Shown here piece after piece: positions 37,632 to 51,850 of a stretch of 64,000 nucleotides of DNA; positions within the stretch are counted from its first letter, which is position 1; every line of letters begins with the position of its first letter. The stretch lies in contig NC_058368.1 of NCBI RefSeq assembly GCF_018350175.1, positions 162,318,001 through 162,382,000 of the forward strand. Direction: 5' to 3'. This DNA is from Felis catus. Its lineage: Eukaryota. Both the position numbers and the translations under genes were made by a program. The notes beneath the pieces were generated by a model that ran no database searches, was not told where the DNA came from, and saw only the letters and a program-made list of their open reading frames with translations.

Positions 37632-39614
37632 TCGAGGCTCAGTGTGTCAGGGAGGGATGGAGATAAAAAACAACTTGCACAGAGACTGAAATTGGTAGGT
37701 GAGAGAGAGAAGCTGAAATAGATGTAAATCAGGAGGAAGGGGAAACAAGAGAATGCTGTCTCCCCAGCCAACGGGAAAAGCACCATGCCCAGACTATGAA
37801 ACATTTCTTCTCTCCATTTCCTAGTAGAGATGAAAGCCAAGAGAATAGATTGGATGAGAGAGTGCAGAAAAATGGATCTAGAATCAGAATAGAGGGCTAG
37901 GACACAAATTTGCATAGACAGTTCCAATTCTGAATTCCAGGGACTTGTGTTAGTCTCCATAGAGCGAATGCTTAAGAAAATTTCACTGCAGGTGACACAA
38001 AAGGCAGGACAATTTCACAGTCCAGTTAAGTGGGAGCAAAATATCTGCTAATAAGTTTTACTTGGAGGCCCACATAAGAAAATGCCAGTATAAATTCACA
38101 CTTACTTCTCTAGGATTATGTGCTTCTGGTTATCAACCATAAACTTGCAAACCTTTATGAGTTACTAAGAATTGCTATTGTTTGTTTTTTGATATAATAA
38201 CAGGACATAATCTAAGTGGTCAGGTAAATTCACACATTTCTCTATGGTATTGGACCTATAAAGTCCAACTGCTTTTAAGCTCTGAGCTAGCAGATTAATA
38301 CTAATATACATAACTGCTGTATTCAGTGGTAGAGAGAATCTGTCTTTGGAAACTTTGCAAAATATGTCCTGTTGGCTTTTTGATACACTTATATTTCTTA
38401 TCAGCATGGGTTAAGAGATTTGAAGTTTGCCATATTGCTAACAAATAGTTTTATACTGCCTAATTTTAATTCGTAAACTTGTCATACCTTGAGAAGAAAA
38501 TCTGTATGACATAATACAATATATTATTAGACAGTAATTTTCTCAAAATTGTATTATGTTAGCATAAATAAAAAGCAGTTATTGAGACAGGCAGAAGCTG
38601 AAGTTTACACAATAATACTTTAATTTTGTTTGCAGTTTTTTGGGTTTTTTTTTTTTTTACTGGAAATACTTAAATGGATTTATGTAGAGATTATATATTG
38701 CACCAATACATGGAATGGAATATGCAGATGAATTACTATTTCTATACAAAAGCTTACAATTTATTTGATATATACAGGCTTAGAGATATTTACATTTAAA
38801 AATTACCCATTTAAAACATGCAGATTTTGAGGATAGGGAAGTTGTGCTTACATTAATCAATTATAATTACCTTATAGAAGGTTTTTGTGATTTTACAGAG
38901 TGTGCAGAATCTGCATTTCATAAGTCAGCTATTGATTTATGGAAGCATCAAGGAGAAACTTGCAAAAAACTCTGATAGAAAAATAAAAGAAATGCCAAGC
39001 TACTCCCAAAGTGCCCTCATAAAAATACATTTTCTTCATTGTACATCCTGCTTTATTAAAAAGGATGTGGAATTTTCTCCCTTGAATAAATCATAAAAAC
39101 TACATCCCTTGTCACACAAATCAAATGAATAGGTACCCTATCCACCTAGTTCCTCATTCAAACACCAGCAGTCAGTCCTTTTCTTCTATGGCATATTTAT
39201 TGCAGGACAGCTACAATCTTTGTGGCTAATCTATACTCTGTGAGTAATTTTGCTTTGTGCAGGACAGATAATGTTAGAGGTTCATTGACCATTGAAAGCC
39301 ATATGGTGCAGAGAAGAGATGATCATGCACCTTGAGCCAAGTTGCCTTAAACAGATCAATATGTGGACAAACCTGGGTCTTCATACTCTGAGGCTGATGC
39401 TGGTATTGCTGAAGGTGAGTGATGAAGGGTTTCCCAGATCCTAGTAGAAAGGCTTCCTGTTGCTTAGGCAAAAATTACATAATGCATCTCCTTCAAACCA
39501 TTGTCAAAGAGAGAATGCCAGAATGTAACAGGCTTATTGGGTCATGCTTTCAGTTTTGTTTCCAATCTAGTCAGGAACATACATTGATATTTTTAGATGG
39601 CAAGTTCCTTTAGA

Positions 39615-39831
39615 GCAGGGCACCATTGACATTTTGAGCTGGATAATTCTCTGCTGTGGGGGGGCTGTCCTGTGCATTGTATGATGTTTACTAACATTCC
39701 TGGCCTCACCCAACAAATGCCAATACTACCTCTCCTCCCAGCTGTGACAACCAAAATGCCTCCAGACATACCCAAATGTCCCCTGGGCATTTGGGAGTAG
39801 GGCACAAAGTTGTCCTGAGCTAAGAACCACT
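39615..39831 (-). mobile_element. MER20 (hAT-Charlie)
   Basis: TTGACATTTTGAGCTGGATAATTCT...GGCTGTCCTGTGCATTGTA...GTGACAACCAAAA...CCAAATGTCCCCTGGG...AGAACCACT. Confidence 0.92.
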
Positions 39832-39850
39832 ACTTTAAGGTGAAGAACAT

Positions 39851-39851
<1 letters not shown>

Positions 39852-39889
<38 letters not shown>
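39852..39889 (+). repeat. (GT)19 microsatellite
   Basis: Perfect GT run. Confidence 0.97.
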
Positions 39890-39891
<2 letters not shown>

Positions 39892-40929
39892 ACATGAACT
39901 CAGATCATCTTCTCAATAGCATCACATGAGAAATCAGTGAAGATTATGTGTACTGAGAATCTATCATGTTCCAGAAAGTGAATTAAGTACCTCCACATTT
40001 ATTAATGTATCTGTTCTCCTCAAGATGGAAGTTAGGGCTTATAGATGAGGAAATAGAGAGGCAGAAAAGTTCCTTGAATTCCTGGGATTAAGTGAAATGT
40101 TTATGACACCCAGCAATATGAAATGAAAAAAAAAGGTACAGTCATATCTCACAAAGATCTAGCATCAGACTGGCCTTGAATCTAGTAACACAGAGTTAGA
40201 CATCTGCGTGTTAGTTAGTGTTGGTTTTCTAGAACTGAGCCTAGTTAAGAGTTTTGCATTTGTAAGAAACCATAAGCAGCATAACATTTACTTTATTCTA
40301 AAGAACATTCGAGTTAAGAGTAAAATCCTAGGAATTACCTAATTATTAGAAAACAAAATTTGATTTATATCTTCTTATAAGTCATAAAACAACTCCATGT
40401 GGCACAACCATTGTAATCAGCATATTCTAGAACTTTTATTCGTCTTTACCGAGATACATACATAGCCAAGCACCAATGAAAGGAAAATTGCTTTGCGATG
40501 GGAGTTAGAAGGGAGACTGGTAATGTGCTCTTTCCTGTTGGGACTCTCTGTTTTGGGGTTCTATCTTCACCTTAGTTACCTTGTCATTGCATTTGTCATA
40601 TCTTCCTGATATAGTACATGGACCTCAACTTTAGAAACTTGACATGAATAAGAATATTTGATCTTGCTCTTCTTTTTAGAATTAAAAAAATTCTATCTGG
40701 CACTTCTTTTCAGTATTTCATAAAATTGCCTGTCATTTCTTATTTTAAAAAAAGAGAAATGTTAAATGGCCGCAGAAGGATCTTATTTTAATATAATAAA
40801 TATAATTTACCAAAAAAATACACTCGGCTAAGAAACACTAAAAAGATTTCAATAAAAAGAAATTTAGAAATATAACTGAAGTTACTGTTACTGTTAAACA
40901 TGTTTGAGAAATTTTATAATAGTAATATG

Positions 40930-41800
40930 ACAGCTAAGAGATAAAAGATTATCAATACCCTGTGAAAAGTCCTCACCTTTTAAGAAAAAAAGATACACAA
41001 CTCAATATGGCAGAATAATTCACAGATAAACAGGGCGAATGTCCAAATACAAATGGAAACATGCTCAAATGACAATATTAAAGGAATCTAAACTAAATTA
41101 ACATAAATATTTTTCATCCATTAATTGGCAAAAATGTAAAAGTGTGAAAATGTGGGGGAAAGTATGTTTTTATTCATTGTTGATAAAAATGTAAAATTTA
41201 TAGCTTTTTTGGAACATAATTTGACAATTAAAATGAAAACATATACATTTGGCAGCAATTAAAAGAAAATCTAATGTGCCAGTGATGGAACAAAATAGAA
41301 AACTCTGTCTCACATAAAATAAGCCTGGAAATACATAATGTGATTAGAATACTCCATCGTCATCAGGTTTTTGTCCACAGCTGCCATCGTTAGCCCCTAG
41401 CTTACATCTCATGACTCAGGATGAATATTTGAGTTCCAGCCACCACATTGGCACTTCAATTAGTATGCTAATAAAAGGGGGGCATTAAAAGATCATTTTC
41501 TAGAAATTATGCTTAATAAATCACATAGCCACTTTTAACCACAAGAAACAAATATGCTAATCTGAAATGTAAGGGGTATATTACTAAGGAGGAAGGTAAA
41601 ATGGTTATTAAGAGGTGACTAGCCAGTACCCTTTGATAGAGCAAAAGAAAAAAATAGCATACAAGGATGTACGTTCAAAGATATTTGTTGTAGCATTGTT
41701 TATAGAAGACAAGTAGAAACTCAATAAATGTCCATTAATGGTAGACTGTTAAATAACTTGGGGTATATTTAAGTCATGTAATACTGTATAACCATTTAAA
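40930..41800 (+). mobile_element. Old L1 (L1ME-like) ORF2 3' region fragments, interrupted by a probable MLT1 LTR at about 41260-41620
   Basis: GAAACATGCTCAA, TTCATTGTTGATAAAAATGTAAAAT, TTGTAGCATTGTTTATA...AAATGTCCATTAATGG. Confidence 0.6.
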
Positions 41801-42039
41801 TGTAATACAAGGTGCATGGATAGAAGTATTTCTACAGAGTATTTCTCAGTACGAATACAACCGAGAATCAGACAACTGACCTATAGCCATTATTATCTTG
41901 TGGTGATCAGCAAATGCACTAATGGCTGGGAAGGCACTTTGAAATCTATGGAGTGCCAAGAAATTAAAGGGACCGTGATGTAAAACCCAATAGTATAAAA
42001 TTACAGATGCTTGACTGACATATTTATTATTCTAACTTC

Positions 42040-42497
42040 TTTAGTATGTCTCCTATACTGCACAGACTAGGAATCGAAACATTGTATTTCCCATACTCCT
42101 GTATTTTTGGAGTTCTGAATGTGATTTAGGTTCACCAATCAGATAAACTCCTAGAAAACTGGAATTTAGACATGAGGAAAGTGGGAAGAGAAGCAGAGCA
42201 TGAGGTGCCATTTTCCTGGTGTGGATTAAGGCACAGGCAGCCATGTCCTAAAAGAGGCAGCTAAGCATCTGACCCCTATTCAACAGGCATCATCCTCAGT
42301 ATCACAGGAGCAGTAGCTTCCTTGACTGCCCAGGTCTGTGGTGTGATTTAAGAAATGGTTGCTGGATTCTTAGCCTGAAGTCTGTTTTATCAACTGGCCT
42401 AATATTCTTCACATCATTCGGTACTCTGTAATAAATCCCTTTCTATTTAAATCAGCAAGAGTAGATTTTGCTCCTGAAAAGTAAACCCTACCTAACA
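42040..42497 (+). mobile_element. ERVL LTR (LTR33/LTR16-like)
   Basis: TGTGATTTAGGTTCACCAATCAGA ... TAATAAATCCCTTTCTATTTAAATCAGCAAGAGTAGATTT...ACCCTACCTAACA. Confidence 0.65.
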
Positions 42498-42557
42498 CTG
42501 TACTGTTGTTTTTTGATTCTGAAATGATTGCAAAACATGTCTGTACTCGTCTTACAG

Positions 42558-42768
42558 CTTTTTTTAATTTTTTTTTACATTTTTATTTATTTTTGAGACA
42601 GAGAGAGACAGAGCATGAGCAGGGGAGGGGCAGACACAGAATCAGAAGCAGGCTCCAGGCTCTGAGCTGTCAGCACAGAGCCTGACGCAGGGCTCGAACT
42701 CACGGACTGCAGGATCATGACCTGAGCCGGAGTCGGATGCTTAACCGACTGAGCCACCCAGGCGCCCC
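42558..42768 (-). mobile_element. Felid Can-SINE
   Basis: CCGACTGAGCCACCCAGGCGCCCC head. TSD TCTTACAG at 42550-42557 and 42770-42777. Confidence 0.97.
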
Positions 42769-45154
42769 CTCTTACAGTTCTTAAAAATATGAAATATGCC
42801 AGAACTCGTACATCTTTAAGATTTATAATTTTGCTACAATGACTGAATCAGATCATGGCATGACAGATAAAAAAGTATGTGACAAGAATATAATCTCTAT
42901 AAAATATGACGCTTTGTTATCTGCTGGACTAATTTCCTAGTCTCTCTCCTTTTTTCTTACCTTTAGTAATAAAAAGAAGATTGTTAGATTTTATCCCTTC
43001 CTCCATTCCAGTTTATTGGTCAAGTACATATTCATTAAAGTCTTGTGGATTCTAGCACAATCCTTGTATCTAGGGAGAAAGTACACAGATCTAAAACACT
43101 GCCTGACTTATGTTCCATTTCTCCACCCACCCATGTGGCCCATTGCAGCCTTATCACAGGAATAATAAAGCATATTATCCACATGTGTAAGTCTGTAATT
43201 ATGAGTTACTGAAAAATGACTTTCCACCAATGTAGATATATATTCAGCCAACTGAAGGCCAGACTTTCTGGAACTAGCAGTTCAGTGAAACTTGGAAAAA
43301 TGTGTTTTGATAGCACATCCTTTCAGCAATTGAAGAATTATTCATGTATAAAACCAGCAGTTTTGTTTGTAACTGAAGAAAGAGGATGGCATTGGAAAAA
43401 GAAGCATAGCCCACAGTACATGTGCTCTTTGAATTGTCACATGCCTATAATTTTCTGCCATGTGTCTAATTATTTACACCATGAAGGAAAGGGATAATGG
43501 AAGAGGTGGGATTGGGAAGACAAGAAGGAGGAAAAAGGAGGGAACCCGTATGCTATTGACCACTGGACAAGTCTGTGCTCTCTTACAAGCACCAGATTCA
43601 AAATCTTTGCCAGTGAAGGTCATTCACTTTAACAAGAATAAAACACAATAGCAATATAATTTTCTTAATCTCTTGTATGATTTCCCTTCCATGAATTACA
43701 TTTCCATCCCTCATTTCTTTTGTCTCATTTCATGCCTTCTATTATAGTGACTTTAATATGCTTACTCCTCAATCTCTTATTGGCCTTGCTTCAAATCACT
43801 TACTGTAGGTAATTAGCTCTAGTGTGTCTGAGCCTGTGTTATCTCTGTCTGTTCTGTTCACAGCAGAGTCTTTTATGAGTTCCCTTCTTCATTTAGAATG
43901 TAAAAGAGTCAGAATAGAATCAATGTCTGCTGAGAACTGTGTGGTTTCATTTGTTCATAATTTCAAGCAACTAATTGCTCTGCTTCGTTTTCTTGATTAA
44001 AAAACACAAATCCAGTGGCAGGAACATTGTTTAATTAAAAAATACCAAGTGAAGCCAATCTAACATTAAAGGAAGGAAGGGGCTGCCATGTAACTGAACC
44101 AAATACAAAACCAAACATGAAGCCACCACAAGAATGAATACGTAGTATAAAATATTCTTAGACTTCAGGATTCATTTAACCCAGGCCACTGATTTTGCCT
44201 CTATCAATACTGAACAAAATAATCATAATTAATAACAATAATAATAATAAATAAACCAGCATTTTTTCACCAATCCACCAAGAAAAGAGATACATCATTT
44301 TGCCATAAAATTTTACAAGTTGCGATGCAAAAGAAATCATGTGAAAATTCTGACATGTCTGTGTACTGATTCAATCAGCCTCCAGAAAAAAAAAGTAGGC
44401 ATCAGAAAATGTGGTTAGAGAACCCTGAGAATATTAACTGGCATGCAGAATTGTAGAACATGGCACATTGAGAGGTGGAGACGGCCTCCAAAAAAAAAAA
44501 TCATAATAATTAATGAAATCATCACAATGAGATTTCAGCTGAAGCAGGGAGAAGTTTCAGGAGACAGTACCCATTCATATTGTCTCTTCAAACTGGAAGA
44601 AAATTGGAGGGAGTATAATCATCATAGTTCTATCTAGATCATTATTCTAAGCAATAAATAGGGAACTCAGACACTACAAGCCTCTGTAGGGAGCAGAGTA
44701 CTGGGGATAAGGGCTCTCCTTACTGAGAGCCCAAGGGCACTTCTCCTTCACCCACCACACCTCAGAAATCCTTCTTGTCCTTCTGCTGAATCAGCTTCTA
44801 GGGAGAGACCATCTGATAAAATAGACTGAACAATCAGAGCTTTGGGTTTCTAAGCTAAGTTATTAAAACATATTTTAAATTTGCTGGAGAGAACTCTGGT
44901 AGATTCTCTTTAACATAAGATCAAAAGAGAGATTCGAAACCCAGTTCCTCCATCAAAGGCTACACACTCCCTATTGAATTCTCCATGGTCCTATGTCCAA
45001 ACCTGACATAATCATAAAGGTGAACATAAAATAATGCCTCCAAACTCCAACTCAGAGTAGGGTATGAACAAATCACATTTAAGAAGTCACCCTGTACGAA
45101 ATCCTACCATGGCTCCTCCCACAACACTTAGAATTAAATCCAACTTCTTAATTT

Positions 45155-45550
45155 TTTCGTGGATTAAAATATGCTTCTCCAAAATTTATATTTGGAGCCC
45201 TACCTCCAATGCTTTAGAATGTGATAATATTTGGAAATAAAGCCTTTAAATAAATAATGAAGGTTAAATGACATCATCAGAGTAGGGCCCTCATATAATA
45301 GGACAAATGTCCTTATGAGAAGAAACACCTGGGGTATGTGTACACAGAGAAAAGGCCATCTAACATATAAGGACACCGTGAGATGATGGCTATCTACAAG
45401 CTGAGGAAAGAGGCCTCAGGAAAAAAAAAAACCTGCTAACACCTTGATCTTGGATTTCTAGCTCCAGCACGTTCTAGCCTCCTAATTTCTGTTTTTTAAG
45501 CCACCCAATCTGTGATATGTTGTTATGAGAGCACTAGCAGATGCATATAC
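45155..45550 (+). mobile_element. MLT1B-type MaLR solo LTR, inside an L2 remnant
   Basis: ATATTTGGAAATAAAGCCTTTAAA...GGTTAAATGA...AGAGGCCTCAG...ACACCTTGATCTTGGATTTCTAGC...TTTAAGCCACCCAATCTGTG. Confidence 0.9.
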
Positions 45551-45709
45551 TGGTGCATTAAGACTCACACAAGCTGCACCTAATTTCCTAGCCCCTTTTA
45601 TTCATTGTGGACCAGTTCTGTTTCTTTTTTTCCCCCCTAAAACATTCCAATCACTCCCTTCATCCAGCACTAAGCCCTTGCTTTTCTTCTCAAGATTATC
45701 ATATGGGCT

Positions 45710-45939
45710 GGGGTGCCTGGGTGGCTTAGTCGGTTAAGGTTCAGACTCTTGATTTTGGCTCAAGTCATGATCTCACAATTCGTGAGATCAAGCCTCGCAT
45801 CAGGCTCTGTTGGGTTTCTTGTTGGAGCCTGCATGGAGCATGCTTGGGTGTATGTCTTTCCCTCTCTCTCTCTGCTCCTCCTATGCTTGCACTCTCTCTC
45901 CCTCTCTCTCAAAATAAATAAATAAACATAAAAAAAAAA
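45710..45939 (+). mobile_element. Older Can-SINE
   Basis: GGGGTGCCTGGGTGG head and tail. Degenerate TSD AAGATTATCATATGGGC / AAGATTACCAAGTGGGC. Confidence 0.95.
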
Positions 45940-47659
45940 AAGATTACCAAGTGGGCAGTCATTCTTGTCGCTTTGGTCCCTGCGCAAATGGCACGTAATA
46001 AAAAAAGCCCTTCTTTGTTTACCCAATATATCCCGTATCATCTGCACCTATAACACTGCCAGGGATACAGCCAGCACTTGATAAATATTCATTGAAGGAA
46101 TTGAAGAAAAAAACAAGGAAGTCAAAATTTAAAAATAAATAAATCCCCCAAATGACTGAAGTCCCCAAGCATGAGAAAGATGGAGAGAAATGGTGTAACA
46201 TCTATGCCACCATCATGTTACTGTAAGTAAGGAAGGGAGAGATCAAATGAGGGAGGAAATAATGAAAAAGAGAGGTGAAACTTGGCTTAGCAGAAGACAA
46301 AACATCAGAAAAAAAAATATCCCCAGTGTCCCTCACATTAGCAAAGTATTTAATATAAACCTAAACTTAAAATATGAGCAAAAAGAGATGTTAAAACGAC
46401 AGAATGAGATGAAAAGAGAAATACAGATCTAAGAAAACAAATGAGCATCCACCAACACACTGACAGACAGCACATAAGTTAGAAACAATAAGTGCTAGAG
46501 ATGATAAAAAAAAAATGAAACTGCTTGTGAGGAATAAAAGGTTGAGATCACCACCATGTGCTGAGGTAAACCAGCCCACAAGTGAGTAAGTGAGAGCATG
46601 TATAAGAAATAGAATGCAAGAGCTACTATTTTTCTAGTTTCTTCTGCATTCTTGTTCCATTATGTAAAAAATATTTTCTATAGAAATCTTGTGCCTTTAT
46701 CAGTACCTTTTTCCTGGCTTCCCAAAGGAAGGCATGAAATCCGTTTGTTCAGTACAAGTCTAACATCCTTACCTCCACTTGTTAGGTAGGGATGATGTGT
46801 TCAGTGCTGCTGCTATCATTGTTCTTTCTGAGCTTCAGCAGGTTTGGAGCAGGCATGGTGTTCTCCATGCTGCTACCTGAGTAACTGCTTGGCAGACCCC
46901 CCCTTTAGTAACCGGTTTGGGGCACTGGTCTAGGCTTTAGTCACCTGCCTAGTTACATTGAGAGAAAAAGGAAAGCCTTGTCCATTTCTCAATTACTTCA
47001 GAGTATAGAGGTATCCTTATTCTTGGATGTGCTTAGCTATTCATTTGAGGTTATATGAATTAAACTTTCCCTTATGACCCACATTTTTAAGGGGTTACCC
47101 TTATCACTCCCTTGTGATCGGTGTTAGATGGCAATATATATTGATCAGAATTTTATATACCAATTCAAATTGATTATCAGCCCTCAGAGGAATAGTACCC
47201 AGCAAGGTGTCTCTGAATCTACAGTATGGATCAAGATTAGTTATGGAATTTATTTCCCTTTAGCTGACACAAAAATCTAATTTCCTAAAGTCATTTTGAA
47301 ACCAAGACCTTCACAGAAACCTGTATTATAACTCTTAGTTTCTAAGATATTAAAATCTCCCTATGTCTTTTGTTATACTTGTATTAGTTTGTTATAGTAT
47401 TGAACTAATTAGTTTTATCCCAAGACCAAAATTGCATAAATATGATACAAGTTGATAAAGTTTATTATGACTCATCACTATCATCACTATGGTTTTTTTC
47501 TGACAATTTTTTAATATTCTTAGGAAATAATTTCAGTTGCTGAATCTCTTTAGGGTAGGCAATATGAAAACATGAATTGCTTCTCAGATTCCAATAGGTA
47601 GATCAACACCTAGGCTATTGAAAGTTATAGTGTATAATTACATAATTATATACATAATT

Positions 47660-47748
47660 TAAAAGTATATGTATGTATATATATACACACACACTCACAA
47701 ATATGTGTATCATCTACATATATACATATGCATATAGTGTATATATAA
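47660..47748 (+). repeat. Degenerate (TA)n/(CA)n low-complexity tract
   Basis: GTATATGTATGTATATATATACACACACAC...CATATATACATATGCATATAG. Confidence 0.75.
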
Positions 47749-48835
47749 AAATAGAATTTCCATAATCTCCCCACATATCTATGTTGGTTGTAAAGATACT
47801 TGAAGTAGTTGAATAGATTTCATCTAATATGTATTTACTCATAGAAATATTTTTTCACTTTATATAGGAAAAGGAATATATAATTCTTATATATCATGTT
47901 TATTACATTCTCTTATATTGTAATATTTATTTCCCTCAGGTTCCTTTAATGGTAATAAGAACACATTATCTTCCAAAAAGGTTTGGTAATTTGAAGAGCA
48001 TTTGTTACAGAGATCTTAAATTAAATTAAGAAAAGATCTTTCAGTTGTAATGAAGGTATAATAAAATTCTAATGAGTTCTCTTTTACTACCTAACTGTAT
48101 TGAAAGAAATGGCATCTGAGTAAAACTGATACGCACTTTAATCTACATTTAAAGGCAAAGTCATAATTTAGATTGAATCAATGATTTAGATAATAAATGT
48201 TGTATGCCATGGTGTATCAGATAAGATAAACAGTTATTAAGTTCCTATATATGGACTGTGCTAAGTAAGAATAAGAAATAGTTACTGCCTTCAAAGAGTT
48301 TTAAATGTAACTGAGGAAAACAACAACATAAAAAGTTAAATAACATTTTACAACTATAACAAAAGTGATGTTATAAAGAAGTACATGAGTAACTGCCAAA
48401 TGGATTATTCAACAATAATTGCATGTAGAGTATGCAGGAAAGAGTGCTCATGTTTCAGGGTTGGCCTAGGGCTGCTTTATGGGGAGTGTAGGGTAGAGAA
48501 TGGAGGAAAGAGCAGGCACTGTGAAGCTACACTAGAGGGTTCGAGAAGGCCATCCATTAATACATTCAACTTGCCCTTCCCCAGAGCTAACGTCATAAAG
48601 ACAAGTTATTTTGGTATCGCTTTTGGAACCAGACTTATAAAACCCACAGAGCAGGTCGAAAAACAATGAATTCCATCTCCACCATAGAAAGGATGATAGT
48701 TTACTTGCAAGTAATTGCAATTAGCATTCTAGGTTATTCCCAAGTGTCTGAGTTCTCCTGCAAAGGTAACAAATGGAAAAAAAAAACTATAATTTCTAGT
48801 GAACAGTTCAGAGGCATCATTATATTTTAGTATGC

Positions 48836-49050
48836 ATTCTTTTATTCACTCATTTAATGGCTATTTATTGAAGGAATGAACAAAACAAAAATCTTTCCCT
48901 TGTGGACTTGGCTTCTGAGGAGGAAGAAATGCATTGGAAAAACAAAGTTTATAACGTCAGTGATAAGAAAAATAAGAGTAAGCAATGGAGGATGAAGAGG
49001 GAGGCTATCTAGACACTGTGGACAGTCTGTGAGGATGTGGCATTGAACAA
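48836..49050 (-). mobile_element. L2 3' fragment
   Basis: TTTATTCACTCATTTAATGGCTATTTATTGA...TGAACAAAACAAAAATCTTTCCCTTGTGGA. Confidence 0.6.
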
Positions 49051-50128
49051 CACTCAATCTCCATTCCCCTTAAGTTTAGATAATGAAATCCGTGCTTAAA
49101 ATGATCTGCAGACATTACAATTTGCACAAGAGAGTTCATAATTAAACTTGTAATAATTTGGTGAAGGGGTGCACGTGAATGTACTTTAGCAGAGCTCTGT
49201 TCCAGTATGTTTGAATGTTAACAGAGATTCATGATCCCAACATAACATCAAGCGGTAAAATTGTCACCACAATATGTCATTTTCCCTGGCACCAGTGTTA
49301 TAAAGGTCATTCCCTATAGAGATACACAAGAAAAGATAAAATAAGAACAAAAGGAGGGAGAAAGGAGAAATGGTTGACTAGACAAAGAAAAATAGAGCAA
49401 AAAGAGAAAAGGATGAGAAGAGTAGAATAAGAAGTGACAGAAGATACTCCCTTTTATTAACTCCGACTTTGTACCAGTGACTATTCCAATACTTGTCACA
49501 TTTTATGTCAATCATTCATTCATATATTCAACACTGAGGGCCACAACTCACAGGTAGGGCAAGGGTGAACAGCACAAGGCTTCTGGCCTGGTGCTATGGT
49601 CTCTGCTATGGCATAGCTTCTTAATTCTCATCACAAAATGCATGAAAGAGGAGGGAGACCCTGCCAAGAAAAGATGGCCTTAAAGCAGCCTCAAAATAGC
49701 CCCTATTTCAAATCTAGAGCTGGCACATCATCCACGAGACTTTCTTAAGCTGGCGTGCAAGGCCTAAGGAGGCAGGTACTGGAAATGCCCCTCAGGAGTC
49801 CCTTGGAACTCTCTCCACTGACCCATGAACGCTAAGAGGCGGTGGGCAAGTGCCCAGCACTTACAAAGCTAGGGTACCATTTCAGGGGAACACAGGAGAA
49901 TAAAGGTCTTTTTCTTCTAAAGATGGCATTAAATTTTGATACTGGCAGCTGTCTGAAGCCATGTAGGAACGATTTTGTTTCAAACAACAACGAAAAGCAT
50001 AGTTTCAAAATGAATGTTCAAAAAAACAATGCTCCTGTCTGTAATCAACCTTCAGTCATTCACAGTGGCAAATTGTGAATCATGATATGGATAATTTTAA
50101 AAGTACATCCTGTTAGAAATCACTTTTT

Positions 50129-50253
50129 TTTTTAAATAGGCTCCATGCTCAGTGTAGAGCCTGATGTGTGGGGCTTGAACTCATGACACTGAGGTCAAGA
50201 CCTGCACTGATATCAAGAATATACTCAACTGACTGAGCCATCCAGGAGCCCCC
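50129..50253 (-). mobile_element. Short old Can-SINE without CT region
   Basis: TAGGCTCCATGCTCAGTGTAGAGCC...GGGGCTTGAACTCATGAC...CTGAGCCATCCAGGAGCCCC. TSD AGAAATCACTTTTT at 50115-50128 and 50255-50268. Confidence 0.92.
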
Positions 50254-50517
50254 AAGAAATCACTTTTTAATTTTGAAATATCTTTCTGCTTTTTCATTTG
50301 ACCATGATTTAGAATGTATTCTGTGGAATTCAAAATCTCCAACCAAAACAATGAGGTGCAATGTTAAGAAAAACGGTAACGTGAGGTGAAAATCTATGCA
50401 AAATTTCATTTCTTATTAATTTAGGGTTTTAAGCTTGGAAGGGACAAATAAGATAAGGGGGTTCAACCTCTCATCTCACCAATGAGGGCAACTGAGGACC
50501 AGGGCTATTAAGTGACA

Positions 50518-50650
50518 TGTCCAGGTTTTCATACAGTCTTCCTTTCCCTTTATCTCTCTTTCTCTCTATCTGCCTTTCTTTCTTTGTCCTCCCTTCCTTT
50601 CTTCCCTCTTTGGCTCTTTGTTCCTTGTTTTTTTCTTTCTTATGTTCTTT
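50518..50650 (+). repeat. Polypyrimidine low-complexity tract inside a MIR remnant
   Basis: About 130 nt almost purely C/T, flanked by MIR-like GAAACTGAGG-type and TCTCCTGACTTTCAGACCCAGTGCT segments. Confidence 0.8.
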
Positions 50651-50764
50651 TTAATAATGGAAGAATACAATTCTCCTGACTTTCAGACCCAGTGCTATTC
50701 CATGTTGCCTCTTAACAAGTAGACGTATCTTTTGTCACATAAATCCAAGCAAAACTTCTTCTTT

Positions 50765-51850
50765 ATTCCCTCATTTATTATTTATTTGACCAAAACATAT
50801 TGACTAGGTATTAGGCATTGTTGTGGACTACAGAGATATCCATGATATTTTATACCCTCAAGGAATTCATAGTCCAGGAATAGAGATGGACAGTGACAGA
50901 TACTTGCAAAGTCTATGTTGAAGCACTGAAGAAGGACACTTAAAACAAGCCAAAGTTAGGGAAGAGTAACTGGAGGAAACAATGCCTAGGCTGAGCCCTA
51001 ACAGAAGAGTAAAGGAAGGGAAATGGAACTTTGGATAAAGCGTAGAGGTGAGACTCTATCATAGGTGGGGAAATACTCATGAGTCTGAGGTAAAGAGTGG
51101 TGAGCAGCAAAGAAGGAAAGGAGTGAAACATTTGTTTTAAAGAAATATTCAAAGAAGTTGTACAGGACTGCAAGCAAGAGATTCACCCTGAGAATAGCTG
51201 ACGACAGTGTAAACCAGAACTAAAGATTACAGAGAATATATCTGAGAACATGTTGGATATACAGTCACCAGTGTTTGGTGTCTGACAGACAGGATGATGG
51301 CTGCTGGAAGAGGAAGGGTAACTACCAAATGCCTAAATTTGGTTTTTAGAAAATGCAAAATGGGTATTAGAAACATTTACAGAAAAAAAAAATGTGTGTA
51401 GTTTTGAACACATTGGGATTAAGAGCTTCAATTGCACGGAAGAAATCTGTCCTGGAGCTATAGACCTTAGTAGTCATTAGCGTATACATGGCACCTGAAA
51501 TCTTGAGACTAGATAAGATCAACCAAATAAAGAGTGGAAAGAAGTATAGAAGTCTGGGGAATTCATTCATTCACAAGTAAACTGTGCTAGATGCTATGGA
51601 TTTATATTATTTTTTTAAAGTGAGTGAAGTTTTAGAAAATTCTATTGAGAAAAGTAAGAGAATCCACTAGATGTTAGAAGGTGATAAATGATATGTTGGA
51701 GAATGAAATGTTTAAGGAGGAAATAGAGCTCATGAACAAAAAGAGACAGAGGGAACCATCGCTGAAACCACATGAATGGTAACTTTGAAAAGGAGAGTGA
51801 TCAGATCAGATGGACCAATTGCAGCCAAAAAGTGCAGTAAAAACTGGCAT
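50765..51850 (-). mobile_element. Extended L2 remnants
   Basis: ATATTGACTAGGTATTAGGCATTGTTG, CCCTCAAGGAATTCATAGTC, AGTTTTGAACACATTG, GTAGTCATTAGCGTATACATGG. Confidence 0.6.

Noticed and set aside
37373..37960. Longest ORF in the track (195 aa, minus strand)
   Set aside because: It spans an LTR and L2-like purine-rich sequence, has low-complexity F/L/S composition and contains no recognisable domain.
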